DNA from: Octopus sinensis
Lineage: Eukaryota
NCBI RefSeq assembly: GCF_006345805.1
Contig: NW_021832590.1
Location: 62,001 to 126,000 of the forward strand
DNA: 64,000 nt
Reading direction: 5' to 3'
Each line of letters begins with the position of its first letter. Within the stretch, counting starts at the first letter, position 1. The notes under the pieces were generated by a model. That model was not told the DNA's origin. It was given only the letters and a program-made list of their open reading frames with translations, and ran no database searches. Positions 1 to 11,595 of the stretch are shown here, one piece after another. A program made the position numbers and the translations under genes.

Positions 1-1790
1 CTCGAAGAATCACCAACAGTTAATTAGGCTAATTAATTAGGTGATTCCAAGAATCCTCAAGATCTTTCTCAACTTTTCCCGATGTTAGACTCTGGACTCA
101 ACGCAAGTGCGGGACTGGCAGGGAGCAGTTTTTGTGAGGAATTGAATCGGGGTGATGTGGTTCTGGTTGTTAAGGTCTTAGTCTTTTGGCAGATGGTGAT
201 GTTGGATGGCTAAGAAGCCCTTTCCATCTTTCTTAATAAGGTGGTCAAGCGGACTTGGGATAATGTTGTTAAGTTGGAAATTTTCGTTATGCTAGCCGCG
301 GCTCGGCACAGTGTAGTCTCAATTTTAAGGCGGTTAGACCATGAGAAGATTACCATGCGGCGCAGGCATAGCCAATTGTCGGTTCGATGAATTGTTTGTA
401 GAGAGTGCCGAGAGCCGGAACGGTGTCTTTAGTCCGCCAAATATATCGATTTGATTAGTCCAATTTTTCTCTGACTGGATCCGATGGCCTTCTCCAAATG
501 GGCAGTAAAACACATGTGGGTGTCAAAAGTGACCCCAGATTTTAGGGTTCTTCGTGAATGGAATCTTTTCGTTGTCCAGAAAAAGATCAATAGTACGGCT
601 TCCGAGTCTCTTGTCCGACATAAATAAGGTAGTGGACGATTTTTCGAGGAGATGTTCATCTTGTTTTGATATAGCCAAGTTCGAATTTGTAATAAGAGAT
701 CTTGTGGTCTTTTGGAAGCTTTCGAGAGGTCTTGATCACGTGATCCAATGAGTAGGTCGTCAGCGTAGGCGAGAAGCGAGAATGAATGAGCCTTCCATTT
801 CAGGGTTAGGAATGTCGTATATATATAAATTGAATAGAGCAGGAGAGAGGGGGGAACCTTGGGGGACTCCATTTGGAAGTAATCTTGAGATTGATTTGAT
901 TCCATTCAGGCATACACGCCCTCTCCTTCCGCTGAGGAAATTCGAAAGCCAGAGTTTTATGTTCGAGTCGATCGAATATTTTTTGAGTCAGTATCTTTCT
1001 AGAGACGAATCAAAGGCCTTCTGAAAATTATTTATTTATTTATTATTTATTTATAACCCCCAAGCTTGCACAACATGGCAAGCCCAGCACAAACAGTCAC
1101 AACTAACTAATCAAATGAAGGAGCAGGAACGATGGGATTGCTTGTGCCGATCAACATTAGCCTCCAAATCTTCATTACAGCCATCCGTCTCCAAAGAGAG
1201 GTGGGGAATTTCTGGTATGCCCAGTTCCCATTTGTCAGCCTCCTACCGTAGCTCACCGCACTTCATTTGAATCCGGACGGGTTTTTGCATAATGGAGATT
1301 CTTCAACGGTAATGTGATCAGGGGAAGGTAGGAGGTCCCCCTTTCGACATCTGTGTCGTGCCAGATGGACTCATCGCCTCACGGGTGGGGAACGTTGACA
1401 AGATTTGACCCCGGCTGAAAACTTGGTTCCATCGGATTCGAACCCACGACGATTGAATTCCAACATCCATAGTCTTCAGCCAACGGGGCTTTCTGGCCGG
1501 TTGGCACAGTGCTAGCAGTGGTATTGTGCTACCGGCTAAAAAAAACGTTGAATAGTGCCACTACTTGGTGTTATGAGACAGATTAAAAAAAAAAAAAATA
1601 TGAAAATTCTGAAGATAGAGAAGTGAGCATGCAATTGATTTGAGATGAGGTCTATTTGCAAAACCTTCCATTATAAACTGGGTTAATTCAATATAATTAT
1701 TATTAATTTGTATAGTCTTGGTGTTACTGTCGGGGTTCTCATTAAGCAGACGTGCTATGACCTCTTTCACTATGGAATAGTATTTATACA
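1..1790 (-). mobile_element. Degraded APE-type non-LTR retrotransposon RT (same broad family as 36550-39510 and 58884-59300), interrupted by a SINE
   Basis: RT motifs GVPQGSPLSPALFNLYI and AYADD at 750-900; segments 825-1025 and 1607-1700 are colinear with 58910-59180. Confidence 0.8.
1026..1606 (-). mobile_element. tRNA-derived SINE, copy 1
   Basis: B-box GGGTTCGAATCC, A-box-like TTGGCTGAAGA, (TAAA)n-like tail, 7-bp TSD TTCTGAA (1019-1025 and 1607-1613), ~165-nt core shared with 50283-50452. Confidence 0.75.
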
Positions 1791-2099
1791 TATTTTGGTA
1801 GTCCTCTATTTTAGAAAATTGACCAGTCCAGTGGGGAAGGTCTGAACAGGCTGTGCCATATTAATTTTCTTTTCTACTACATCTGAAACTGAGGTCGTCA
1901 TATCATTTTTCAGAACGCTACTATCCTTGTTTTTCAATACTCCAAGATAACGCCTCCCGAAAATCATTTCCACTGGTTTTTGACATTCGTGTCATTGTAA
2001 AACATCGTCGAGAATGAGATCATTGAGACAACTTTAGATCATTAAGTCCAACCTTATAACTAGCATAATTTATAATTTCAAAGTCAAAATTAAACGTAA

Positions 2100-2430
2100 T
2101 TTCAAAATCAACATTGAATTTGCTGCTTTTTGTTGATGTTGACCTTAATTACGCGAAAACTTCTCGAATATCAAGGAGAGTTGCGAACAATATTGTTTGC
2201 TAATGAAATAAATTTCAAATTGCATATTCGTCGTTCAAAAGGTAAATTAATAAATTACTCAAAAGGTTGGTCAAAAGTTATCACGAGTATTGTCTATTGC
2301 AGCATCTTCAAAGGTCAAAATAACCATGTAATTGGAGCTATTTCAGTGCATGGGCTTATTCATTATGAAATACAACGAGACTCTCTTAAGTGATGGTGCA
2401 AAAGAGTTTGTCAAAAAGACCTGTCTGGAT
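2100..2430 (+). mobile_element. Tc1/IS630-type transposase remnant
   Basis: Peptide NFKLHIRRSKG...NHVIGAISVHGLIHYEIQR; its 3' edge resembles the start of 26270-26560, which carries DNAP..H and YSPMLNPIE. Confidence 0.55.
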
Positions 2431-2639
2431 GAGGACTATAATACCCAGCCACTCCACGTCCTCATTTCTCAAAGTCCCACTTTCTCGTCTGGAGGGGAAC
2501 TCCTTGCACACGACTTCCCCCCACACCCAAGAAGACCAGAAAGCATAACATTTTCAGTTCTTATGTGAATTCACAAACATGTGCAATAGTCAAAAAGACA
2601 ATATTAGTGATTAGTTTTTTCCCGTCTTTAGATCTTTTC

Positions 2640-3065
2640 TTACCCGATTTAGGTCTTTTTTAAGTCGGAAGTGTCGATCTAGGTCGTCCGCGGAAGGGTT
2701 TATGCATCCGTCAAAGTAATCTTCAATCGTTTTGTTAGCGGATGCGTCCGGGTTCGTTTTTAGTACACGTTTAAACAGCTTTTATTGGGCATTTACTACA
2801 TTCCCCCTGATACAACCAACTTGTTGTAGATACCAGTGGTTGACATTCTTTGTGGCCACTACATTTCAAGTAAGCTTCTTAGTCGTCCAGTTTCAATTGT
2901 TTGTTGGAGGAATTTCCACAGTAATATCAATTTCACAAACACTTTGTAAAGACTGCATCTGAAGTCAATTCCGAGTCCTTTGTCCCTTAGAAATCTTTCT
3001 TTAATGTCTCCATTGCCGCGTTTGCCCAATGTTTCCTTCCTTATACATCTTCATGTCTCTAGTTG
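2640..3065 (-). mobile_element. RTE-clade retrotransposon 3' remnant
   Basis: Frameshifted peptide ending NPDASANKTIEDYF...FRGRPRSTLP, similar to the RTE C-termini at 25500-25750 and 45600-45860. Confidence 0.55.
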
Positions 3066-3999
3066 AGAGCCGTGCTTAAAATGTTAATTATTTAATTTAC
3101 AATTGGAAAAAAATAATTTTCCATAATACCTGAAGAACGGATCTGAGAAACAGGCAGATTCGATAATCATCCATAGGAAATTTTAAATTTTGGCTTAAAA
3201 CAAGCATGGTTTGAGAAGCGGGGATTCGAGGGAATTCAGTATATATATTCACGATCTCTTCTATAAGTTTTTTATTCAGTGCCACGTCATCCTTTGCAAA
3301 CTGAGTGCGTGAAGGCCGTGTTGCACAGAAAGAGGTCATTTAGAAGTTCACTTTTTTATTCAGATACCTCACTATGAAAGAGAACTAGTTTGTGTTATAA
3401 GCTGAAATATAGACGTAATTCTTTCGAAATATTTTTATTACAAATAACTTTTCTTTCGAATTTGAATAGTGTTTTACGGACTTTTTGTTACTCATTTATT
3501 ATGAAGTTATTAAATAAAATGTTTTATTAGGAATTGAAAGAGAATTGATTTCCTAACAACCTTTTTCCTCTTTAGAATTAGCCAAACAAACGGTACTATC
3601 TGTTGAAATGATATTGTCATTATATAACAATTATATCACACAATAATAAGATTTTTCGATGTATTACACAATAATCTATTTATAAACTAGAAGTTTGTGA
3701 AATAATATAATATGTATATTTGATATTTTTTTATTTACATTTTACATGACTTTAAAACAATACTCTCACAAAATACATAACATTCTCTTCAAAGATTAAA
3801 AAATATTTTATACTAGCTCAGCAGTTCGCTTCGCTCACTGCGAGCTAGCTCCTGCGGAGGCCCTGCTCGCTACGCTCGCAGTTTCCTTAAATAACTATAA
3901 ATTTATGTAGATATATAAATGCGACCTGCTTTGATATAACCTTATTCTAAGGCCTGTGGATAAACGATGTTTGCAGTCCGTCCATCCTTGGCAAATATA

Positions 4000-4740
4000 A
4001 ATAAATTTCTCTTCTACCTACCCTTGAGCACCCCACATACAGCTGGCCATGTGAAAAGCACTCGTTCTCTAAAAATAAGCCTACTACCTTTAAAGACTGT
4101 CCCTGGGCCTTGTTTATTGTCATAGCAAAACTTATCTTCAGCGGAAATTGTAGTCTCTTAATCTATCGCAGGCCCTTTCATGGTCCATAATAACGTCGAC
4201 CGATTTATATATTCTTTCTCTGCCAGGGATTTTCATTAATAAATCTAAATTTATATTAAGTACCTCATCATTAAGTGGAGCTAATATAGCTCGTTCACGC
4301 AGCCAGTCGAAATTCACGTAGTGTTCAGATAGTTCGGAATAGACGGCATTCAATAATTCTTCTGCTGTTTCTACGAAAATACATAATTATTCCGGTAGCC
4401 TAATTTTCTGGTCGTGCATTTCTGAAGTGATTGCCCCATTTCCAATATCTAGAAGGATTTGTGGGAATATGCTATTAACGCCTTGTAAATGTGCATGTAC
4501 ATTTACATCTAAGCTTACCTTTTTCACGTGTGTCCACAAATATGACGATTTGAGGCAGGCATTCAATTCATCCGCAGGCGCGTCCTCTTTGAATAATTGG
4601 CAGCGTCTGTCTAAAATCACCTGCCAATACAACTAATGCTCCCCCAAACAAATGGTCGCTACAATTCTTGATATCTCTATATGTTCGGTCAACTGCTTGA
4701 ATGCGCCTTTATGAGCCATCGTACATTCATCCCAAACAAT
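4000..4740 (-). pseudogene. Helitron PIF1-type helicase remnant
   Basis: IVWDECTMAHK, PADELNACLKSSYLW, DWLRERAILAPLNDEV, and frameshifted HGQLYVG-like motif; internal deletions. Confidence 0.85.
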
Positions 4741-5461
4741 TAACCTAGAATGCATAATTCTATTACCCGTAGTTGAGTCTAACAGCAGTCCTGACCTTAT
4801 TCAGCTGTTGTCTAAGTTCCCTCACCATTTAAGCACATCTTCCCTCGTTTCTCTTTTTTTTTATATGGTTCATATTCTCTTGTTTGTTAACATTCTCAGA
4901 TCTCTCTTTATAGGACATTCTTATGATTTTGTAAACGCGAATCAGTAATTTATATTAAATTTTCTACGTAAATTTATTTAGTGAAATTTATGTAAAGTGT
5001 ATTATCCAATCAAAGCCATTATACTTAATTGCCTCTATGTTTAAAGGAATTGAAACTTTAGCATAATCGAACTTGTCTGTTTCGGTAAAGAAAATGATAA
5101 TCAGCTTCATCTTTGTAGTATTATAAGGAAAAAAATTAAAGCCTGTTAAATCAGGAGATTTAAATATAGGCAAATTGAAATTTACATGACTAATTTAAAT
5201 TTTATTTGCCTCTATCTTTTAAGAAATCTAAACAGTAGCATAATCGAATTTGTCAGTTTCGGCAGTTAAAAAGAATCAATTATGTAAATCTCTAATAATT
5301 TTTGCTTTTTCCTTTTTAGTGGTTTTCAAAATCTGATAATTGCACAGTCTATTCATGGTCGATAACAATTAGAGCTTTTATTTTATTTTTTTAACGAAAT
5401 TTAACAAAAAAGAATTTATGTCATCAAAAAAAGATAGCTAAGCTAATTAATGGCCTCACGA

Positions 5462-8400
5462 GGCTTGAAGGTTGTGTAGGACCTCATCATGTGAGTCGAG
5501 GACTTTCTTGTCGTTCATTTTAACAAAAACGCAGAAAATATTTTTTTTTAATTTTTGGGCTTGAAGGTTTTGGGGGACCACATCATGTGAGTCGAGGACT
5601 TTCTTGTTGTTCATTTTAACAAAACGCAGAAAAAATATTTTTTTTAATTTTTTGCTTGAAGGTTTTGGGGGACCACATCATGTGAGTCGAGGACTTTCTT
5701 GTTGTTCATTTTAACAAAAACGCAGAAAATAATTTTTTTAATTTTTTAGCTTGAAGGTTTTGGGGGACCACATCATGTGAGTCGAGGACTTTCTTGTTGT
5801 TCATTTTAACAAAAACGCAGAAAATAATTTTTTTTAATTTTTTGGCTTGAAGGTTTGGGGGACCACATCATGTGAGTCGAGGACTTTCTTGTTGTTCATT
5901 TTAACAAAAACGCAGAAAATAATTTTTTTAATTTTTTAGCTTGAAGGTTTTGGGGGACCACATCATGTGAGTCGAGGACTTTCTTGTTGTTCATTTTAAC
6001 AAAACGCAGAAAATAATTTTTTTTAATTTTTTGGCTTGAAGGTTTTGGGGGACCACATCATGTGAGTCGAAGACTTTCTTGTTGTTCATTTTAACAAAAA
6101 CAGAAATAATTTTTTTAATTTTTTAGCTTGAAAGTTTTGGGGGACCACATCATGTGAGTCGAGGACTTTCTTGTTGTTCATTTTAACAAAAACGCAGAAA
6201 ATAATTTTTTTTATTTTTTGGCTTGAAGGTTTTGGGGGACCACATCATGTGAGTCGAGGACTTTCTTGTTGTTCATTTTTACAAAAACGCAGAAAATATT
6301 TTTTTTTAATTTTTGGCTTGAAGGTTTTGGGGGACCACATCATGTGAGTCGAGGACTTTCTTGTTGTTCATTTAACAAAACGCAGAAAATAATTTTTTTT
6401 AATTTTTTGGCTTGAAGGTTTTGAGGGACCACATCATGTGAGTCGAGGACTTTCTTGTTGTTCATTTTAACAAAAAACGCAAATAATTTTTTTTAATTTT
6501 TTGCTTGAAGGTTTTGAGGACCACATCATGTGAGTCGAGGACTTTCTTGTTGTTCATTTTAACAAAAACGCAGAAAATAATTTTTTTAATTTTTTGGCTT
6601 GAAGGTTTTGGGGGACCACATCATGTGAGTCGAGGACTTTCTTGTTGTTTATTTTAACAAAAACGCAGAAAATAATTTTTTTTATTTTTTGGCTTGAAGG
6701 TTTTGGGGGACCACATCATGTGAGTCGAGGACTTTCTTGTTGTTCATTTTAACAAAAACGCAGAAAATAATTTTTTTTAATTTTTTGGCTTGAAGGTTTT
6801 GGGGGACCACATCATGTGAGTCGAGGACTTTCTTGTTGTTCATTTTTACAAAAACGCAGCAAATAATTTTTTTTAATTTTTTGGCTTGAAGGTTTTGGGG
6901 GACCACATCATGTGAGTCGAGGACTTTCTTGTTGTTCATTTTAACAAAAACGCAGAAAATAATTTTTTTTAATTTTTTGGCTTGAAGGTTTTGGGGGACC
7001 ACATCATGTGAGTCGAGGACTTTCTTGTTGTTTATTTTACAAAAACGCAGAAAATAATTTTTTTAATTTTTTGGCTTGAAGTTTTGGAGGACCACATCAT
7101 GTGAGTCGAGGACTTTCTTGTTGTTCATTTTAACAAAAACGCAGAAAATTTTTTTTTTAATTTTTTACCTTGAAGGTTTTGGGGGACCACATCATGTGAG
7201 TCGAGGACTTTCTTGTTGTTCATTTTAACAAAGCAGAAATAATTTTTTTAATTTTTTACCTTGAAGGTTTTGGGGGACCACATCATGTGAGTCGAGGACT
7301 TTCTTGCTGTTCATTTTAACAAAAACGCAGAAAATAATTTTTTTTATTTTTTAGCTTGAAGGTTTTGGGGGACCACTTCATGTGAGTCGAGGACTTTCTT
7401 GTTGTTCATTTTAACAAAAACGCAGAAAATAATTTTTTTAATTTTTTGGCTTGAAGGTTTTGGGGGACCACATCATGTGAGTCGAGGACTTTCTTGTTGT
7501 TCATTTTAACAAAACGCAGAAAATAATTTTTTTAATTTTTTAGCTTGAAGGTTTTGGGGGACCACATCATGTGAGTCGAGGACTTTCTTGTTTGTTCATT
7601 TTAACAAAAACGCAGAAAATAATTTTTTTAATTTTTTGGCTTGAAGGTTTTGGGGGACCACATCATGTGAGTCGAGGACTTTCTTGTTGTTCATTTTAAA
7701 AAACGCAGAAAATAATTTTTTTAATTTTTTGCTTGAAGGTTTTGGGGGACCACATCATGTGAGTCGAGGACTTTCTTGTTGGTCATTTTAACAAAAACGC
7801 AGAAAATATTTTTTTTAATTTTTTGGCTTGAAGGTTTTGGGGGACCACATCATGTGAGTCGAGGACTTTCTTGTTGTTCATTTTAACAAAAACGCAGAAA
7901 ATAATTTTTTTTAATTTTTGGCTTGAAGGTTTTGGGGGACCACATCATGTGAGTCGAGGACTTTCTTGTTGTTCATTTAACAAAACGCAGAAAATAATTT
8001 TTTTTAATTTTTTGGCTTGAAGGTTTTGGGGGACCACATCATGTGAGTCGAGGACTTTCTTGTTGTTCATTTTTACAAAAACGCAGAAAATAATTTTTTT
8101 TAATTTTTTGGCTTGAAGGTTTTGGGGGACCACATCATGTGAGTCGAGGACTTTCTTGTTGTTCATTTTAACAAAAACGCAGAAAATAATTTTTTTTAAT
8201 TTTTTGGCTTGAAGGTTTTGGGGGACCACATCATGTGAGTCGAGGACTTTCTTGTTGTTCATTTTAACAAAAACGCAGAAAATAATTTTTTTTAATTTTT
8301 GGCTTGAAGGTTTTGGGGGACCACATCATGTGAGTCGAGGACTTTCTTGTTGTTCATTTTAACAAAAACGCAGAAAATAATTTTTTTAATTTTTGGCTTG

Positions 8401-8697
8401 AAGGTTTTGGGGGACCACATCATGTGAGTCGAGGACTTTCTTGTTGTTCATTTTAACAAAAACGCAGAAAATAATTTTTTTTAATTTTTTGGCTTGAAGG
8501 TTTTGGGGGACCACATCATGTGAGTCGAGGACTTTCTTGTTGTTCATTTTAACAAAAACGCAGAAAATAATTTTTTTTAATTTTTTGGCTTGAAGGTTTT
8601 GGGGGACCACATCATGTGAGTCGAGGACTTTCTTGTTGTTCATTTTAACAAAAACGCAGAAAATTGACTTGAAGGTTTTGGGGGACCTCATCATCGA
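5462..8697. repeat. Tandem satellite, ~91-96 bp unit, about 34 copies
   Basis: Unit GGCTTGAAGGTTTTGGGGGACCACATCATGTGAGTCGAGGACTTTCTTGTTGTTCATTTTAACAAAAACGCAGAAAATAATTTTTTTTAATTTTTT; variation almost only in homopolymer length. Confidence 0.97.
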
Positions 8698-8840
8698 GGA
8701 TATTCTTTCTTATTAAAATTTTTTGACAGGAAGGTTCTTAGAGGATATCAACCTTTTATTGTGCCTCATTATCGAATAACTACAAAAGGGAAGGTTTTGA
8801 CAATTTGATCTGGTTTGTAACAATTTGAATGTGGGTGTGC

Positions 8841-8890
8841 ACAGACAGACAGACAACAGACAGACAGACAGACAGACAGACAACACACCA
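8841..8890. repeat. (CAGA)n/(CA)n microsatellite near the Helitron 5' end
   Basis: acagacagacagacaacagacagacagacagacagacagacaacacacac. Confidence 0.9.
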
Positions 8891-9159
8891 TACCATTTTA
8901 TTATTAAGATTCACACTTTCAAGCATACATTGATCACGATAAATACATACAAAACATATTAATGTTGTTCGTTCAATATTACAAATATGCTGAAATTCCA
9001 TGAAAGGAAAAAGTAACTAACTAAACAAATTAAAGCAAGAAATAAAAAATACATATCCATATTTCCATTAAAAATAAATAAAAAATTGGAACATCACCAA
9101 ACAAATCAATTGGAAAATTAACTAAAACAAAAACTTCGTTTTACCATTTTTGCAGTCTC

Positions 9160-9608
9160 CATTGCCCTTGATCACTATTAACCAATTAAGGTCAGCCCCA
9201 CACAGCTGTTCTGCACAAATTCAAATAATTTGGAGGCCATCCACTCAAACTCTGGCTCCTTCCTGATTGCCTTATAGACTCCACTACACGTGAGTACTCT
9301 ATCAAATGACTGGTGAGGCAATACGAATGTAATTTGACATTATTTGCCAGTAAATTGGCAGCCCCGCCCTGTTCTCTGTCCAAGATTGTAATTGCGTCTT
9401 CAACGATCAGTCCATTATTCCTCAGGTCCTTAAAAACTGTTACTTGGACGACTTGATTGATCGAATCCTCCCTGACAACAACATCCTCCACAACGAGACA
9501 CCTCATTCCCTTTGTCCACGTGCCCTCGATTAATTTTTGTGTGCCATATTTCTTTAATTCCTTTCGTTTGAGGATCATTCCCTTATTAAGCCCGAAGGAG
9601 ACACACTA
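9160..9608 (-). pseudogene. UMPS: UMP synthase fragment (C-terminal half of OPRT plus start of OMP decarboxylase)
   Basis: ILKRKELKKYGTQKLIEG, CLVVEDVV, ILDREQGG, then in another frame ASKLFEFVQ...CVGADL; PRPP loop degenerate (VEDVVVRED); N-terminus and most of ODC absent. Confidence 0.75.
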
Positions 9609-9719
9609 TTTTGAAGACAAGAGAATTTTCACTATTTTTGAAAAAAGTAAATTTATTGTTTGTTTCTCTGTAAATTGTATAAATTATTACCATAACAAAT
9701 AATTTGGAAAAAAATAAAT

Positions 9720-10110
9720 TGTCATGAGAATTTCTTGGCCAAGCTTTACATCACCAATTTATTTTCCGTCAATATGGAGATTAACAGTCCACATTCTTAC
9801 AATACTTTTCACAAAGTTTGCAATCCAAACAGGTACTACAGAACAATTAATCACATGAAATAAAGAATTATAGTCAACAAAATCATATGCTTTTTTGATT
9901 TTAATCCAAGCAAAATATAGCTCATTTTCACACTCTTTATTTAGGCATTCGTTAACAAAGGTTTGCTCTAACAGTGTCTACTCGTACCAAGTTGATTGTT
10001 AGGAATTAAGCCGAGTGGATTTACGAACTCAAACAGTTAGCCATTAACACGCTTGGTAACTATCTTATAAACTATCTCCATCCATGTTATAGGGCGCAAA
10101 TCTTTTGGGG
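9720..10110 (-). mobile_element. Degraded RT, resembling RLE-type (R4/NeSL-like) elements
   Basis: AWIKIKKAYDFVD motif followed by a broken K.G..QGD-like region. Confidence 0.4.
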
Positions 10111-10319
10111 TTTCAAGTCATTTTTTCAGGGATTAGGTATGTTATCCTAGTATAAAACCAGCTTTTTAAAATCCCGTCTTTATTGATTAATCTTTAAATT
10201 TCGACACATAAAAATTTATGAAGAGATTCCAACCTTTTAACAAAAAAATTATATTTTTTATCACACCCAGATGGCTTCCAATCAAGGAGATGATTAATGA
10301 TACTCATTTTGTAAAATCT

Positions 10320-10650
10320 TCTCTTGTTTAGTTCAAAGCAAACATTATGGAATTCTTTCCTAGAGTTATACACAGCTAGTTGTTTTTTCTTAATTCTGAT
10401 AAATTATGCAGCAAAGATTCGATCCTCGAAAACTCGAAAGTCCCATTTAAGTTTCATGCGTCTACGACTAGCCCACCAACTTTCCATACGAACTACACAT
10501 ACAAGACACTTCAGGAAAATTCACAAACTTGATTCATCATTTGGTTGTATTTTTATTTGTTTTTAAAAGAGAGTGCAGTATTATGTCTTGTTTTTTGACA
10601 TTAAGAATGAATCTGCGGTTTATTTGTGCCAAAACCTTCAAACTAGTGAC
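10320..10650 (+). mobile_element. piggyBac-like transposase C-terminal remnant
   Basis: LWNSFLELY...KSHLSFMRLRLAHQL resembles the piggyBac C-terminal helix region. Confidence 0.4.
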
Positions 10651-10689
10651 CCAACATTCTTATCTGTGGTTTAATGGCCTATTTAAGTT

Positions 10690-11050
10690 ATTGTCGTTGA
10701 TAGACTAAATTCTTTTCTCTTCAGAAAAATTTACAACCTGTCACTCATCGAGTATGACCAAATTATAAGAAAACACGTTAAACAGTAAAGAGAAGAGGAC
10801 TAAGCACTGGGGTACTAGCCTTCTCTGCGTAATGGCTTTTGAATCTCGTCCAAGATAGTTGACAACAGAAGTCCTTCTACTCAAAAAACTCGCTAGCCAT
10901 CGAAGGGTTTTGCATCAGTGTCACATTTTCTTGAATTTTTCAGAAAGACTAAGTGACAGATACTTTCAAAAGCCTCCGACACATCCAAACATATAATATT
11001 AGTCGATAAACCAGAATCCCGTGCCTTCAAATTCAGTCGCTAAATGCAAT
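10690..11050 (-). mobile_element. Degraded non-LTR RT fragment
   Basis: Frameshifted ICLDVSEAFESICH...WLASFLSRRT...VLSPLLF. Confidence 0.55.
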
Positions 11051-11163
11051 CATCACAGGACCGGCATAGACGAAAACGCCAGTGATCGTGAGAAAGTCAG
11101 TGATTCTTATATATGGAACAATAGCCTTTTATAAATGATTTTCTCTCTTTGATGTACAGCAAA

Positions 11164-11572
11164 TTAGGCTTGTGCTCGAGACCTTTTTTTAGGATTTGGT
11201 TTTTTTAAGTATTTACAAAGCCCCTGATACATAAAAAATTTTTCTAATGTGTTGGCTACTTCTTTTCTACTTTTGTTCAGTAAGTTTATAATAAATGCAT
11301 ATTTTGAATATATGTCTTCTACAGACATTAACCAAGAAAAATGATCATTTTGATTCTCAAATTTATAATAATAAGTAATACACTTTAAATCTTTTAATAT
11401 CAATTAAATCGACTTGAAGCCTTTCATTGGTTAAGTCAGCGACAATATGCCTTAAATCGTAATATGTGAGATGGGCAACGCGATCGCGTGGGGAACTATT
11501 TTTTGACCTAATGATGTCAAAATTTAATCGTTTGATTGTCATAAATATTTCTATATAAAATTTAACTATCAA
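11164..11572 (-). mobile_element. Ginger/KRBA2-type integrase remnant
   Basis: NERLQVDLIDIK...WLMSVEDIYSKYAF...NKSRKEVA. Confidence 0.65.
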
Positions 11573-11595
11573 TGTATTAATTTAAATTAGTTTTT

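Larger units (their letters stand above)
3813..8910 (-). mobile_element. Non-autonomous Helitron (~5.1 kb) with PIF1 remnant and internal satellite
   Basis: 5' TC at 8910 preceded by A; 3' CTAG at 3813 followed by T; GC-rich hairpin just before CTAG (3821-3841); (GTCT)n near 5' end; PIF1 helicase fragments. Confidence 0.8.

Noticed and set aside
3097-3339. 80-aa ORF as a host gene
   Set aside because: Looks exon-like (ends at a GT donor) but has no recognisable family or joinable flanking exons
5462-8697. CRISPR array, or real CDSs from the repeat-peptide ORFs (VPQNLQAKKLKK...)
   Set aside because: No unique spacers or cas genes; the ORFs arise because a 96-bp unit is stop-free in one frame and break wherever homopolymer length changes
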